64,000 nucleotides of DNA from positions 101,955 through 165,954 of the forward strand of contig MFPR01000028.1 of the NCBI GenBank assembly GCA_001784175.1, read 5' to 3'. Position 1 is the first letter of the stretch. Each line of letters starts with the position of its first letter. This document shows positions 9,198 to 18,208 of this stretch, piece by piece. Under the pieces are notes generated by a model. The model saw only the letters and a list, made by a program, of their open reading frames with translations, was not told the DNA's origin and did no database searches. The translations under genes and the position numbers were made by a program. The DNA is from Candidatus Lindowbacteria bacterium RIFCSPLOWO2_12_FULL_62_27 (GTDB lineage Bacteria > Lindowbacteria > 2-12-FULL-62-27).

Positions 9198-9907
9198 CTG
9201 AAATGCGCCGACCCGAATTTCTCCGGCGCGTGAAACCAGCGGTACGTCGGCGACCAGGCCTGATAGTGATGTTTCCCCTCGATGTGATCGACGCGGGTGA
9301 GGTTGAGCCGGAACGTCCCATGGATTTTCGCGGGAAGCTCAGTCAATGGAATCGCGATTTCGCACGTCCAGCTTTTCATGACTCCCGCGCGGCCCCGCCG
9401 CTGGACCTGCGCGGCGACCCGGACCGACGCCAGGTCAAACGCTTTCGCCCGGTCAAAATCGATGTTGGGCCCGTACTCGACCCAGCCGTCGTAGAGCGCG
9501 CCCCGCGGATTCACCTCGATCTCCAGATACTCCCGCCCCTCTCCGGTCGGGTCCAGGAAAATCTCCACCGCCTCCTCCCGCCACAACTCGTCGTCCCGTT
9601 TCGTCATCTCCGCCTTCGCCTCATCATCGGCGCAGAAAAATCCGACATACAGGACATCCTGCCGGCGAATCAACCGGACGATCGTGGGATGCGCGAGTTG
9701 TCCGCCCGTGTGGTTGTCCCGGAGAACCACGCGGGCGGCCTCCCGCCAGGACCCTTCGGTCAGGCGGCCATCCACGTGGATCGTCTCCAGCGTCGAAGGA
9801 ATCCACATGGCGGGCAACGGCTGCTCCCCGGCCTGCAGGCGGCCGGAGAGCAGAAGGAGCGTTAACAGAATGAAGGAGAACATTCCTTTCGGCAACTTTT
9901 GTTTCAT
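9194..9907 (-). CDS. Secreted carbohydrate-binding family 9-like protein
   Basis: Signal peptide; VDGRLTEGSW, VEIFLDP, YLEIEVNP, WTCEIAIP, WSPT..FHAPEKFG. Confidence 0.8.
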   Translation of the reverse strand: MKQKLPKGMFSFILLTLLLLSGRLQAGEQPLPAMWIPSTLETIHVDGRLTEGSWREAARVVLRDNHTGGQLAHPTIVRLIRRQDVLYVGFFCADDEAKAEMTKRDDELWREEAVEIFLDPTGEGREYLEIEVNPRGALYDGWVEYGPNIDFDRAKAFDLASVRVAAQVQRRGRAGVMKSWTCEIAIPLTELPAKIHGTFRLNLTRVDHIEGKHHYQAWSPTYRWFHAPEKFGSAHFR

Positions 9908-10006
9908 ACGGGTCTCTGATATAGACGTTACTATGCAGGCCAGAAATTTTCATGTCCGTCAGGCCGGTCGCCGGCCCGCCTGAAGGAAAGGCGAGGATCG
10001 GCGGCC

Positions 10007-11794
10007 GTGCGGGACCTCCGCAGGTTTAGAACCCATGTCGAAATCTTAAAACACAGCCACCCGGAACTGGTGGTCGAACTCGCCCCGGAGCCGCCCGTCC
10101 AGCCGGCGGAAATTTCCGGCACTGCCGACCAGCCCGTGTTGAAGTGGAACGGCAAGACCATGCACAGCGTCAAATCGCCGGAAGGCGAGGCCCAACAAGT
10201 GGCCGATCGGATGTCGCCGGAACCCGCCCGCGCCTATGTGGCGTTCGGGCTGGGGCTCGGCCATCTGGCGGAGGCGGCGCGGAAGCGGCTGCCCGAACGG
10301 TCGGCCCTGATCGTGATCGAGCCGGACCTCCGGATTCTGAGGGAAACGCTGACCTGCATCGACCTGCGGCCGCTCCTGTTTGACAATCGCATCCGGTGGG
10401 TGTCCGGAAAAAACTGGCCCGAGTATTTTCGGCGGGCTCTGAGACAGGCGGACGAGTCCGGGTGCCGGCCGGTCACGGCCATTCTCAATCTCCCCGCCTA
10501 CGGAATCTATTTCGGGCCGGCCCTGACGGAGACGCGCGGGATTCTCGCGCAATTTATCAACGAGCGGGACATCGACACGGGCACGCGCAAGGAACTCTGG
10601 CACCTCTGGAATGCCAATCTCGCCAATAATCTGCCGGCCCTCCTTTCATCCGCGCCGGTGAGAAACTTCGTTGCGGCGTTTGATCAAATCCCCGTCGTTC
10701 TGGTCGGCGCGGGTCCAAGCCTGGACGCGTGCCTGCCGGAGATGCGCCGGCTGAGGGAGCGCGCGCTCATCGTGGCGGTCGATACCGCGCTCGCGCCGCT
10801 CCTCGACGCGGACTGCAACCCCGACCTTGTGCTCGCGATGGACGCGCAGGAGGAAAACGCCCGCGATTTTTTGAACCTTCCGAATCACTCGGCACGCCTT
10901 CTGTTTGACGCCTTTTGCTATCCATCCATTCCATGCCTCTATCCGGCCGCGGCCCGGATCGCGTCCCAGACCGGCCATGTGCTCAGCGACATCCGGGGCG
11001 AGACGGTCGTCCGCAATGGTTTTTTGCCGGCGCTCGAATATCTGCTTGATTTCGAATTCGGTTTCCTGCAAAACGGCGGGTCCGTCATTACCGCCGGATA
11101 CGATCTTGCGCGCATCGCCGGATGCGCGGCTGTCGGACTGGTCGGAGTCGATCTGTCGTTTCCCGGCTACCGGATGTACAGCCGGGGGACGAACCGGTCG
11201 CGATACCACATGTCGATCGTGAACCGCCACGAGACCTGCGAGTCGAAGTTTTTCGACGAGCTTTCCGAAAAGGCCAAGCTGCGGGTGGAAGGGATCGGCG
11301 GCAAGCCCGTGTGGTCCGACCGGGTTTTGATTCTGTACAAGCACTGGATGGAAGACGCCGCCGCGAAAACCAGACTGCCCTCCTGCATCGTGGGGCCGGC
11401 CCACGGATTGGCGCTCAAAGGCTACGCGCAGGTGTCCGTCGACGAATTTCTGGGCCGGTTTTCATCCTCCCGGGATCAAATCGAGACACGCTTGAACCGT
11501 GCAACCGCCGCCCGACCCGAGTTCAACCAACCGGCGGCCCGGGCGCGTCTGGCGGAACTCCGGCGCGATCTTTCCGGCCTGGAAACCAACCCGGCGATCG
11601 ACAAAATCGGCCCGTTTGATCTCGTTCGCTGGGTCGATATGGCCTCCTACGAGGTGGGTGAGCGGCTCCGGACGGTTTGTTCTGTCGAACCGGAATCCGA
11701 ACATCTCAAACGGCGGCAACAGGCGTCGCGCGCCTGTCTGCAGTGGGCGCGGCTGTTTCTCGACGGATTGGAATCGGCGCTCGATCAGGTGTAA
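10007..11794 (+). CDS. Motility-associated factor (MAF / DUF115, MptE-like) family protein
   Basis: MHS..SPEGEA, FGLGLGH, VLVGAGPSLD, AVDTA, GGSV, LVGVDLSF. Confidence 0.82.
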   Translation: MRDLRRFRTHVEILKHSHPELVVELAPEPPVQPAEISGTADQPVLKWNGKTMHSVKSPEGEAQQVADRMSPEPARAYVAFGLGLGHLAEAARKRLPERSALIVIEPDLRILRETLTCIDLRPLLFDNRIRWVSGKNWPEYFRRALRQADESGCRPVTAILNLPAYGIYFGPALTETRGILAQFINERDIDTGTRKELWHLWNANLANNLPALLSSAPVRNFVAAFDQIPVVLVGAGPSLDACLPEMRRLRERALIVAVDTALAPLLDADCNPDLVLAMDAQEENARDFLNLPNHSARLLFDAFCYPSIPCLYPAAARIASQTGHVLSDIRGETVVRNGFLPALEYLLDFEFGFLQNGGSVITAGYDLARIAGCAAVGLVGVDLSFPGYRMYSRGTNRSRYHMSIVNRHETCESKFFDELSEKAKLRVEGIGGKPVWSDRVLILYKHWMEDAAAKTRLPSCIVGPAHGLALKGYAQVSVDEFLGRFSSSRDQIETRLNRATAARPEFNQPAARARLAELRRDLSGLETNPAIDKIGPFDLVRWVDMASYEVGERLRTVCSVEPESEHLKRRQQASRACLQWARLFLDGLESALDQV

Positions 11795-11849
11795 GGAATC
11801 AGGTAACGATACACTCTCGTGCGGCGGCTCGACGACTTCGGGTTTGTTT

Positions 11850-12032
11850 TTATCTTTGGCTGGATGGCTGCGGAGTGGAGACAGGACCGGGATTTTCGGC
11901 GATCCAGCGTTCGGATTTCTTGTTGATGTATTCAATCCGCTCCTTGGACGTCATGCCTTTCATTTCCTGGCTCATTCTGTCCCGGATTTCCCGCATCATT
12001 TTGACCGCATCAAAATCCTTCAACGTCTCCAT
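11850..12032 (-). CDS. Small probable antitoxin partner of the PIN protein
   Basis: KDFDAVKMMREIRD pattern; overlaps the end of the PIN gene. Confidence 0.65.
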   Translation of the reverse strand: METLKDFDAVKMMREIRDRMSQEMKGMTSKERIEYINKKSERWIAENPGPVSTPQPSSQR

Positions 12033-12492
12033 AGCCGAGAACCTCCTTCGGTGAACGAATATCCAGCATCGGATATCCTCGCTTCAGATTCGCCGCATTG
12101 AACATTTGAATCCGTCTCAAGTTTACAATGTGCCTGAAATTCCAACTGACCAGCACATTCGCCCGGAACACGGTGGCCGCCGCGATGTGCTGCGCGTCCG
12201 TCAAACTGTTTCGCGTAACCACGCCTTCCTGAATGTAAGCCTCGGCCAGCCCGTCGGCCTCATCGTCAAATTTGACCTTCTCGGCGGTTTTCAATTCCGG
12301 CCGCTCCAGAAGCGCGCGGACCTCGGCGCTCGGAGCCGCCAAAACCTCGTCAATGGTCAGGTTCGACAGCACCGGCCGCATTTTTCCGCTCGCAAACAAC
12401 TCCATCAACTTCAGGCTGTCTTCCTGCCACTTCTCCTCGAGACACCCGCTGACCACTGACGTATCAATATATACCCGAAGAATGGGTCCCAT
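12010..12492 (-). CDS. PIN domain protein (VapC-like)
   Basis: VYIDTSV, DAQHIAAA, LVSWNFRHIVN. Confidence 0.9.
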   Translation of the reverse strand: MGPILRVYIDTSVVSGCLEEKWQEDSLKLMELFASGKMRPVLSNLTIDEVLAAPSAEVRALLERPELKTAEKVKFDDEADGLAEAYIQEGVVTRNSLTDAQHIAAATVFRANVLVSWNFRHIVNLRRIQMFNAANLKRGYPMLDIRSPKEVLGYGDVEGF

Positions 12493-12704
12493 GCAAATTA
12501 CACCTTCTGCAGCGGCAGCCGACCCTTAAAGGTCGGCTTCGAACTTTTTGGGCCACAGCCGTTCTCCTCTTTCAAAGAGATTCCACTTAGGCCTTTCAGA
12601 TGCAGTCATTATCTCAATAGGCGTGTTCCAAAACAAGGGAAAGGTGAAAAACTCGCCGAACGGATTGAGGTGAGGGGGTGGATGGCGCCGACAAGGGACT
12701 GCCG

Positions 12705-12745
12705 CCTTCACCCCAACCCTCTCCCGCCCACGGTGGGAGAGGGGA
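12705..12745. repeat. REP-like palindrome (CCCTCACCC-N-ACCCTCTCCC...GGGAGAGGG family), copy 1
   Basis: CCTTCACCCCAACCCTCTCCCGCCCACGGTGGGAGAGGGGA; related copies at 16879 and 61742-61852. Confidence 0.8.
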
Positions 12746-12834
12746 ACACGACGCGCCGTTTGACGGAGGGTGTGGCGGTTTCATGATTCGGATTTGTCTT
12801 GTATTTCGCCCGGAGATTTGTGAAAATCTGATTG

Positions 12835-12993
12835 TCACAGCTCTAGTCGTGACGGTTTGTCGCCGAGCAAGCGATACCATATCGAACGCACAGACGGAAC
12901 TGCTCTGCCTACAGTGTGGGCGGGGCGTCCGAAGTGGAACCCGTCTGTGCCTTGCTCGGCGACGACGAAGTTCTGGGCGTCCTGCCCTTTTTT
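12835..12993 (+). ncRNA. Candidate structured non-coding RNA or 5' leader
   Basis: Nested perfect stems 12859-12871/12951-12963 and 12888-12897/12941-12950; inner stem with three G-U pairs; ends in GGGC..GCCC-T6. Confidence 0.55.
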
Positions 12994-13007
12994 ATGGAGG
13001 TAGAGAC

Positions 13008-13421
13008 ATGCCAAACATCGGCGCTCGACGGTATCATCGCGAAATTTCCGAGTTCCTAATTCGACAGAATCACCAAGAAATTGTGAATTATATAAAAGGC
13101 GCGACTTTTTCCAGAAATGCAACCGGGAAACAACGTAGGCTCTTTACCGGTGCAATTTCAATTTTAGGACTGAAAGACGTATTTTTAAGTGAAACAAGGC
13201 GTGGTTTACCCGATAACACAGAAAATATCGAATCCGAATTCACCCGCCTTTTAAACAGTTTCAACCATCCTTCAAGACTTGGCGACCCTAGACAATTCTC
13301 GGAGTGCAAACAGCATGTCGAGGATTACTGCAGGAAGACTAAATTTCAAAAGGATGATGGACCATCTGTGATAGGGCCTCTTAAAAGAGGAATTCCGTAC
13401 AAGGTTACGATCATTTTTTGA
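13008..13421 (+). CDS. Hypothetical protein (AT-richer than the flanks)
   Basis: GGAGG RBS then ATG at 13008; 137 aa; no motif recognised. Confidence 0.6.
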   Translation: MPNIGARRYHREISEFLIRQNHQEIVNYIKGATFSRNATGKQRRLFTGAISILGLKDVFLSETRRGLPDNTENIESEFTRLLNSFNHPSRLGDPRQFSECKQHVEDYCRKTKFQKDDGPSVIGPLKRGIPYKVTIIF

Positions 13422-13425
13422 CAAG

Positions 13426-15459
13426 ATGATGAATCGCAAACGAGCATTGAGCTTGGCGGCACTTATCATCATTATCTGCGTCGCTCTGGCCTATGCTTTC
13501 CTCACATCGACCAACAACCAGATCACCGAGCCGGTTCTCGATGGCGGCGGCGACACTCTCGCATCCGCCGGACACATCTTCCAGACCTCCGTCGGACAGG
13601 TCGGCGTGGATACGGCTTCGAGCGCCGGTTACGCGTTTCGACCCGGGCTGTTTTACATGCGGTTGGGAATTACGGCGTCGGCCACGCGAGGAGACTCCCT
13701 CATCGTCGTGAGCGGCAATCACCAGGTCATTGCCAACGGAGAAACAGCGACGTTCGTGATTGACGTCAAGGATTCCGGCACATGCGGGCCGATCTCAAAT
13801 GCCCGCGTTGATTTTATGGTCGAATACGAGGGAACCGCCGTCGGAACGACCGAGACTGCCGCGTCGGACGCCGCCGGGCGTGTCAGCAAATCGATTGTGC
13901 TTGCAAGCGGCGACGGGTTTTATCTCGTCACGGCCACGCCAGCCGCCGCGCCCAATCAAAAAACTCAACTGGCGGTCTACACCAACCAGCGCAAGATTCT
14001 GGTGAGCACGGATACGAATAAGAAATGGACGATGTTCGCGCCGTTTGCGAAACCGGTGGCGGGGGTGAACGGGATCGGCGTAAACGGCGTGGCAGGGGTT
14101 GGCAGTCTCATCATTTACCGGTGGGACCCGAAGGCGACGCCCGACGCGGCATTTCAACAATATCTGTCCGTTTCCGGCCAGGCATCGCCCAACAATTCGA
14201 CCGTCGGGACATTCAGCGATTTTATCGCTGGCCGGGCGTATTTCGCGCTGTCCAAAGGTGCGGACGCGACCGTCGGCCTCTCCGCCGGCTCTACCGCGTC
14301 GGATTCGCCGTATCAGATTCTCGTTCATCCCGGCTGGAACATGATCGGCAATCCGTTTCAACACTATATCGACTGGACGGTGGACGTGAGGCTCGACACC
14401 GATGCGTCGGACACGATGCTATCCAAATCCGTCCAGATGTCGAATCTCGACGCGAACTCCTATCACACGAAAATCTACTGGCGAAAAGAATCAGCGGGCG
14501 GCGGGTATGTGTTCGGTCCGGCGACGGGGTCGATCAGCACGGCGCTGACGACGTTCGACACGACGGTGCAGATGAAACCTTGGTCGGGATTCTGGATGAA
14601 GATCCCTGACGCCGCGCCGGGGTGCGCTACCGGATGCACACTGGCGTTTTATCCAAACAAGCGTCTGCCGCAGACGACGAACGTGAAAATGCAGGCGCCC
14701 ACGTATCGAGAGGGAACAGGAACAGTCGATCAATGGATCATTCCGTTAAAGGCGACCGGGCCGAACGGCGCCGTCGATGACTACAATTACGTGGGTGTGG
14801 CTCCGGGGGCAAGAGAGGGCCGCGACGGGTACGACGCGTACAAAGCGCCGGCGATCGGTGATTTTGTTCAGGTTGGCATCCGTGAATTGGCGGGAAATCC
14901 TCAATCCCCTTTACTGGCGGCGAGCTTGATTCCGCAAATTTCAACAACGGCGGCATGGGATGTGGTGGTGAGCGCCGGCGCCTCCTGGCCGGTGACGCTG
15001 GCGTGGGACGCGGGGGCAATACCGAATGATTACGGAGCGTATCTCATCGGGGGACCGGAGGGCGTGGTCGATCTTCGGAAGAAATCGTCGACGGTCGTGC
15101 AGTTGAACTCGGAGGCGACGTTGACCCTCGTTGTGAGAACTCCGGAATATTTATCGGCGTTTTTGTCGGCGCCCTTGTCGAAAGAAAATACGTTTGTCTA
15201 TCCGAATCCCGGCCCGGACGCCTCCGGGAATATGACGTTCAAATACAATTTGCAAAGCGCGTCCGGCGTCAAACTCAAAATCTTCGACGTGGGTGGAAAG
15301 CCGGTGAAGGAACTGGCGCAGAGCGGGTCGGCAGGTTCAAACGGCCTGACGTGGGACACTACGAACAAGAACGGGCAGAAACTCGGAACAGGCGTTTACA
15401 TTTACATTCTGGAATCCGGCGGGGTCAAACTCGTCGATAAATTGGCGATTACAAGATGA
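13426..15459 (+). CDS. Secreted Ig-like protein with C-terminal FlgD-Ig / T9SS-type-A-like domain
   Basis: N-terminal hydrophobic segment; [10 protein letters not shown]-terminal YPNP...LKIFDVGGK...[16 protein letters not shown]. Confidence 0.75.
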   Translation: MMNRKRALSLAALIIIICVALAYAFLTSTNNQITEPVLDGGGDTLASAGHIFQTSVGQVGVDTASSAGYAFRPGLFYMRLGITASATRGDSLIVVSGNHQVIANGETATFVIDVKDSGTCGPISNARVDFMVEYEGTAVGTTETAASDAAGRVSKSIVLASGDGFYLVTATPAAAPNQKTQLAVYTNQRKILVSTDTNKKWTMFAPFAKPVAGVNGIGVNGVAGVGSLIIYRWDPKATPDAAFQQYLSVSGQASPNNSTVGTFSDFIAGRAYFALSKGADATVGLSAGSTASDSPYQILVHPGWNMIGNPFQHYIDWTVDVRLDTDASDTMLSKSVQMSNLDANSYHTKIYWRKESAGGGYVFGPATGSISTALTTFDTTVQMKPWSGFWMKIPDAAPGCATGCTLAFYPNKRLPQTTNVKMQAPTYREGTGTVDQWIIPLKATGPNGAVDDYNYVGVAPGAREGRDGYDAYKAPAIGDFVQVGIRELAGNPQSPLLAASLIPQISTTAAWDVVVSAGASWPVTLAWDAGAIPNDYGAYLIGGPEGVVDLRKKSSTVVQLNSEATLTLVVRTPEYLSAFLSAPLSKENTFVYPNPGPDASGNMTFKYNLQSASGVKLKIFDVGGKPVKELAQSGSAGSNGLTWDTTNKNGQKLGTGVYIYILESGGVKLVDKLAITR

Positions 15460-15521
15460 GTGTCTTCGTCGCTGCGTTGCGGCATTGCTGTATTGAACCG
15501 TTCCGGGGAGGTCGATGTAAG

Positions 15522-16760
15522 ATGAAAAAGTCGGCATTGAGGTTTCGATTCTTGTTGGTTTTATTGTTCAGCATCTGCGCGGCTGACGCTGAAGCGGACG
15601 TGCCCAAATTCATTTCATTTCAAGGCGAGTTGACCGACTCGCAGGGCACGCGGATCACGAGCGCCAGGACAGTGACGTTGAAAATATACAACACGGCAAC
15701 CGGCGGAAGTTTTCTGTGGTCGGAAGTACAGACGGTGACTCCCGCCAACGGCATCGTGAGCGCCATCCTCGGGAGCCAAACAAGCGGCGGCGTGAATCTG
15801 GCCTTCGACACCCAATACTGGCTCGGCGTGACCGTCTCCCCGGACGGCGAAATGTCACCGCGTATTCGTTTGACGACCTCCCCCTACGCATTCATCGCCA
15901 AGTTCCTCGACACAGGCGCGCAAGCCTACGGTTCGCTCTCGGTGGCCAACACAGTCACAGCAAGCAATTTTGTCGGCAACGGGTCGGGCCTGACCGGCAT
16001 CACACCGGGACCCAAGGGCGACACCGGACCGAAGGGTGATACGGGTGCGGCAGGTGCGACGGGTCCGCAAGGACCGCAGGGACTCACGGGCGACACCGGA
16101 TCGAAGGGTGACACAGGTGCGATGGGCGCGGCGGGTCCGCAGGGTACCAAAGGCGACACCGGATCGAAGGGCGATACGGGCGCGGTAGGTGCGACTGGAG
16201 CGCAAGGGCCGCAGGGACTCACAGGAGACACGGGACCGAAGGGTGATACCGGGTCCTCTCCATTCACGCTGAACGGGGCGAACGCTTATTACACGGCCGG
16301 CAATGTCGGCATTGGGGATACAAGTCCTGGCGGGAAGTTGGTTGTGAAGGGCAATCTCATGATCCGGGACACGATGACGGTGGGAGATACGTTTTGGGTT
16401 GTGAAGGAAAACGGTTATGTCGGCATCGGGACTACGTCTCCAAATGCAAGATTGGATGTTGCAGGCGGAATCAAACTTGGGAGCGAGACAATATGTGATA
16501 CTCCTCATGCAGGAATCCTCAGATACAATTCAAGCACAAAATCCGTTGAGTATTGCAACGCTAACGCGTGGGGTGCGCTTTATGGTAACGGTTCCGTCCC
16601 CTCCGGCACATGGTGCGGATTTTACAATCCGCGTAATAGCACTTTGTATGCTTATTGCCAAGGATTGGACCCGAACACCTCATGTCCCACCGGCTACACA
16701 AGGATAGGCAGTCCTGACAGCAATGGATATACGATTATCATAACTTGCGTCAAAGATTGA
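15522..16760 (+). CDS. Secreted collagen-like fibre/adhesin protein
   Basis: Signal peptide, [13 protein letters not shown] domain, about 28 G-X-Y triplets, GNVGIG/GYVGIG repeats, Cys-rich C-terminal tip. Confidence 0.8.
   Translation: MKKSALRFRFLLVLLFSICAADAEADVPKFISFQGELTDSQGTRITSARTVTLKIYNTATGGSFLWSEVQTVTPANGIVSAILGSQTSGGVNLAFDTQYWLGVTVSPDGEMSPRIRLTTSPYAFIAKFLDTGAQAYGSLSVANTVTASNFVGNGSGLTGITPGPKGDTGPKGDTGAAGATGPQGPQGLTGDTGSKGDTGAMGAAGPQGTKGDTGSKGDTGAVGATGAQGPQGLTGDTGPKGDTGSSPFTLNGANAYYTAGNVGIGDTSPGGKLVVKGNLMIRDTMTVGDTFWVVKENGYVGIGTTSPNARLDVAGGIKLGSETICDTPHAGILRYNSSTKSVEYCNANAWGALYGNGSVPSGTWCGFYNPRNSTLYAYCQGLDPNTSCPTGYTRIGSPDSNGYTIIITCVKD
16006..16255 (+). repeat. Coding G-X-Y repeats (recurring KGDTG and GPQG units)
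   Basis: Recurring AAGGG(C/T)GA(C/T)AC-type nucleotide units. Confidence 0.85.
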
Positions 16761-16878
16761 CATTTTGGGACACCCCAAAAATTTCGGTAAAGCCGTATAC
16801 CACGGGTATACCTATCAATCAGTGGATGCCTGCAACTGATTGACGATCTACGAAGGTGATGGTGGCCATGAAGCGCCA

Positions 16879-16919
16879 CCCTCACCCTGACCCTCTCCCG
16901 CCGAGGGCGGGAGAGGGGA
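16879..16919. repeat. REP-like palindrome, copy 2
   Basis: CCCTCACCCTGACCCTCTCCCGCCGAGGGCGGGAGAGGGGA. Confidence 0.85.
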
Positions 16920-16933
16920 TACCGGGTACGAAA

Positions 16934-18142
16934 TCATCTCTCGCACCGTTTCGCGGCGCCGGTGGCGATCACAAGGATCGCCATGCATAGAACGGCCGTG
17001 ACCAGCCAGAGCTTCCGCCGGTCAAACGCGGTGATCATTCGCTTTCCGCCCGCGCTTTCGTAATCGGGTGTGAGCGCCTGCCGGGACGCGAGAAGCCCCT
17101 CCCGTTCCCGCGCGCGTTCCCGCCAGCCGCAGCGCCGGCTGCCGGCCATCAAGGCGGGGAAGTAGCGTTCGAGAATGCGGTTTTCCATGACCGCGACGTG
17201 GAGGTGCCCGAGTCTCTCCTGTTCATCGGCCGTGCCGGTGTCCTGGGATTTCCGCAAATACCGGTCCCGGCGAAAAAGATGCACCCGCGCCTCGTGGATG
17301 TAGGGATCCTTCTTCGATGTGTAGGTCCGGAGGAACTTGCCGTAAGACGTGTCATCCGTCGTGTCGATCAGCGCCGCGCCTTCGGCGCCTCGCTCGGCGT
17401 CCACGCGGGCGAGGTCCGATTTCGTAAACGCGGACCGGAAGAGGCCGATGTCCGGGTCCTCGATCTTGTACCCGAGCTCGGAGATCGTGTGGATGAAGAG
17501 CGCGCAGGCGATGAGCGCGGCGATCCACAGCCCGCCGGCGACCTGGACGTGCCGCCGACGCAGGGCGACGCCCGTTTCGTCGGGAACCCACGCCCGGTGG
17601 ATCCCGAGGAGTGCAAGCCCGACCGCGAGCAGATTCCACAGCGTGTCGGCGATTTCACCCACGCGCGGGGGACTCAAAGACTGGATGTACTCGTCGGAAA
17701 GACCAATCAGGTAGCCGGCGGCCACAACGGCTGCATACGTCGGTCGATTCGGAAACCAGTGGCGGCCGGCCCGGAACATGAGGATCGCCAGGATGCCGTA
17801 TTCCGGGAAGTGAATCTTTTCCGCCGGTATCTCCATCCTCCACATGAAATACGCATAGACGCCCAGGATCGCCGCCAGCCACACCCCTCGCGCCGCGCCG
17901 AATCCCGGGCGCCGGACGGTCTTCCAGGAAAAAACGCCCAAGAGTCCGAACACAAGTACGGCAAACAGCGGGTTGAGAACCGGGTCGCCGCCGAGATTGC
18001 GGCCCAGAAACTGCATGAACGGCTGCATGTAGGGAATGGTCGCGTAGATGACCAAGCTCCACAGGATCACGTACAGGATGTCCCGTTTCGCGGATGGGTC
18101 GGTCTTGCCGGTCTTGGTTGCGGTCTCGTCCGTCGGCGTCAC
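16934..18142 (-). CDS. VanZ-family membrane protein with extracytoplasmic C-terminal domain
   Basis: Several TM segments; EKIHFPEYGIL, DEYIQSLSPPRVGEIAD. Confidence 0.75.
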   Translation of the reverse strand: MTPTDETATKTGKTDPSAKRDILYVILWSLVIYATIPYMQPFMQFLGRNLGGDPVLNPLFAVLVFGLLGVFSWKTVRRPGFGAARGVWLAAILGVYAYFMWRMEIPAEKIHFPEYGILAILMFRAGRHWFPNRPTYAAVVAAGYLIGLSDEYIQSLSPPRVGEIADTLWNLLAVGLALLGIHRAWVPDETGVALRRRHVQVAGGLWIAALIACALFIHTISELGYKIEDPDIGLFRSAFTKSDLARVDAERGAEGAALIDTTDDTSYGKFLRTYTSKKDPYIHEARVHLFRRDRYLRKSQDTGTADEQERLGHLHVAVMENRILERYFPALMAGSRRCGWRERAREREGLLASRQALTPDYESAGGKRMITAFDRRKLWLVTAVLCMAILVIATGAAKRCER

Positions 18143-18171
18143 ACCCCTCCCTTATCATATTCCCTTTTTCC

Positions 18172-18200
18172 TTGACAGCATCCGGCGCGTTCGACATAAT
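18172..18200 (+). promoter_or_regulatory. sigma70 promoter of ilvB (near-leaderless)
   Basis: TTGACA-N17-CATAAT, 8 nt before the ATG. Confidence 0.75.
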
Positions 18201-18208
18201 GGGTCGAT

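Noticed and set aside
12526-12608. 27-codon ORF upstream of the PIN gene
   Set aside because: No clear RBS or motif; cannot be supported
12857-12965. Retron msr-msd or SRP RNA interpretation of the structured region
   Set aside because: No reverse transcriptase nearby and no SRP domain IV motif; kept only as an unclassified RNA candidate
16430-16760. Diversity-generating retroelement target in the fibre tip
   Set aside because: No template repeat or reverse transcriptase seen in the window
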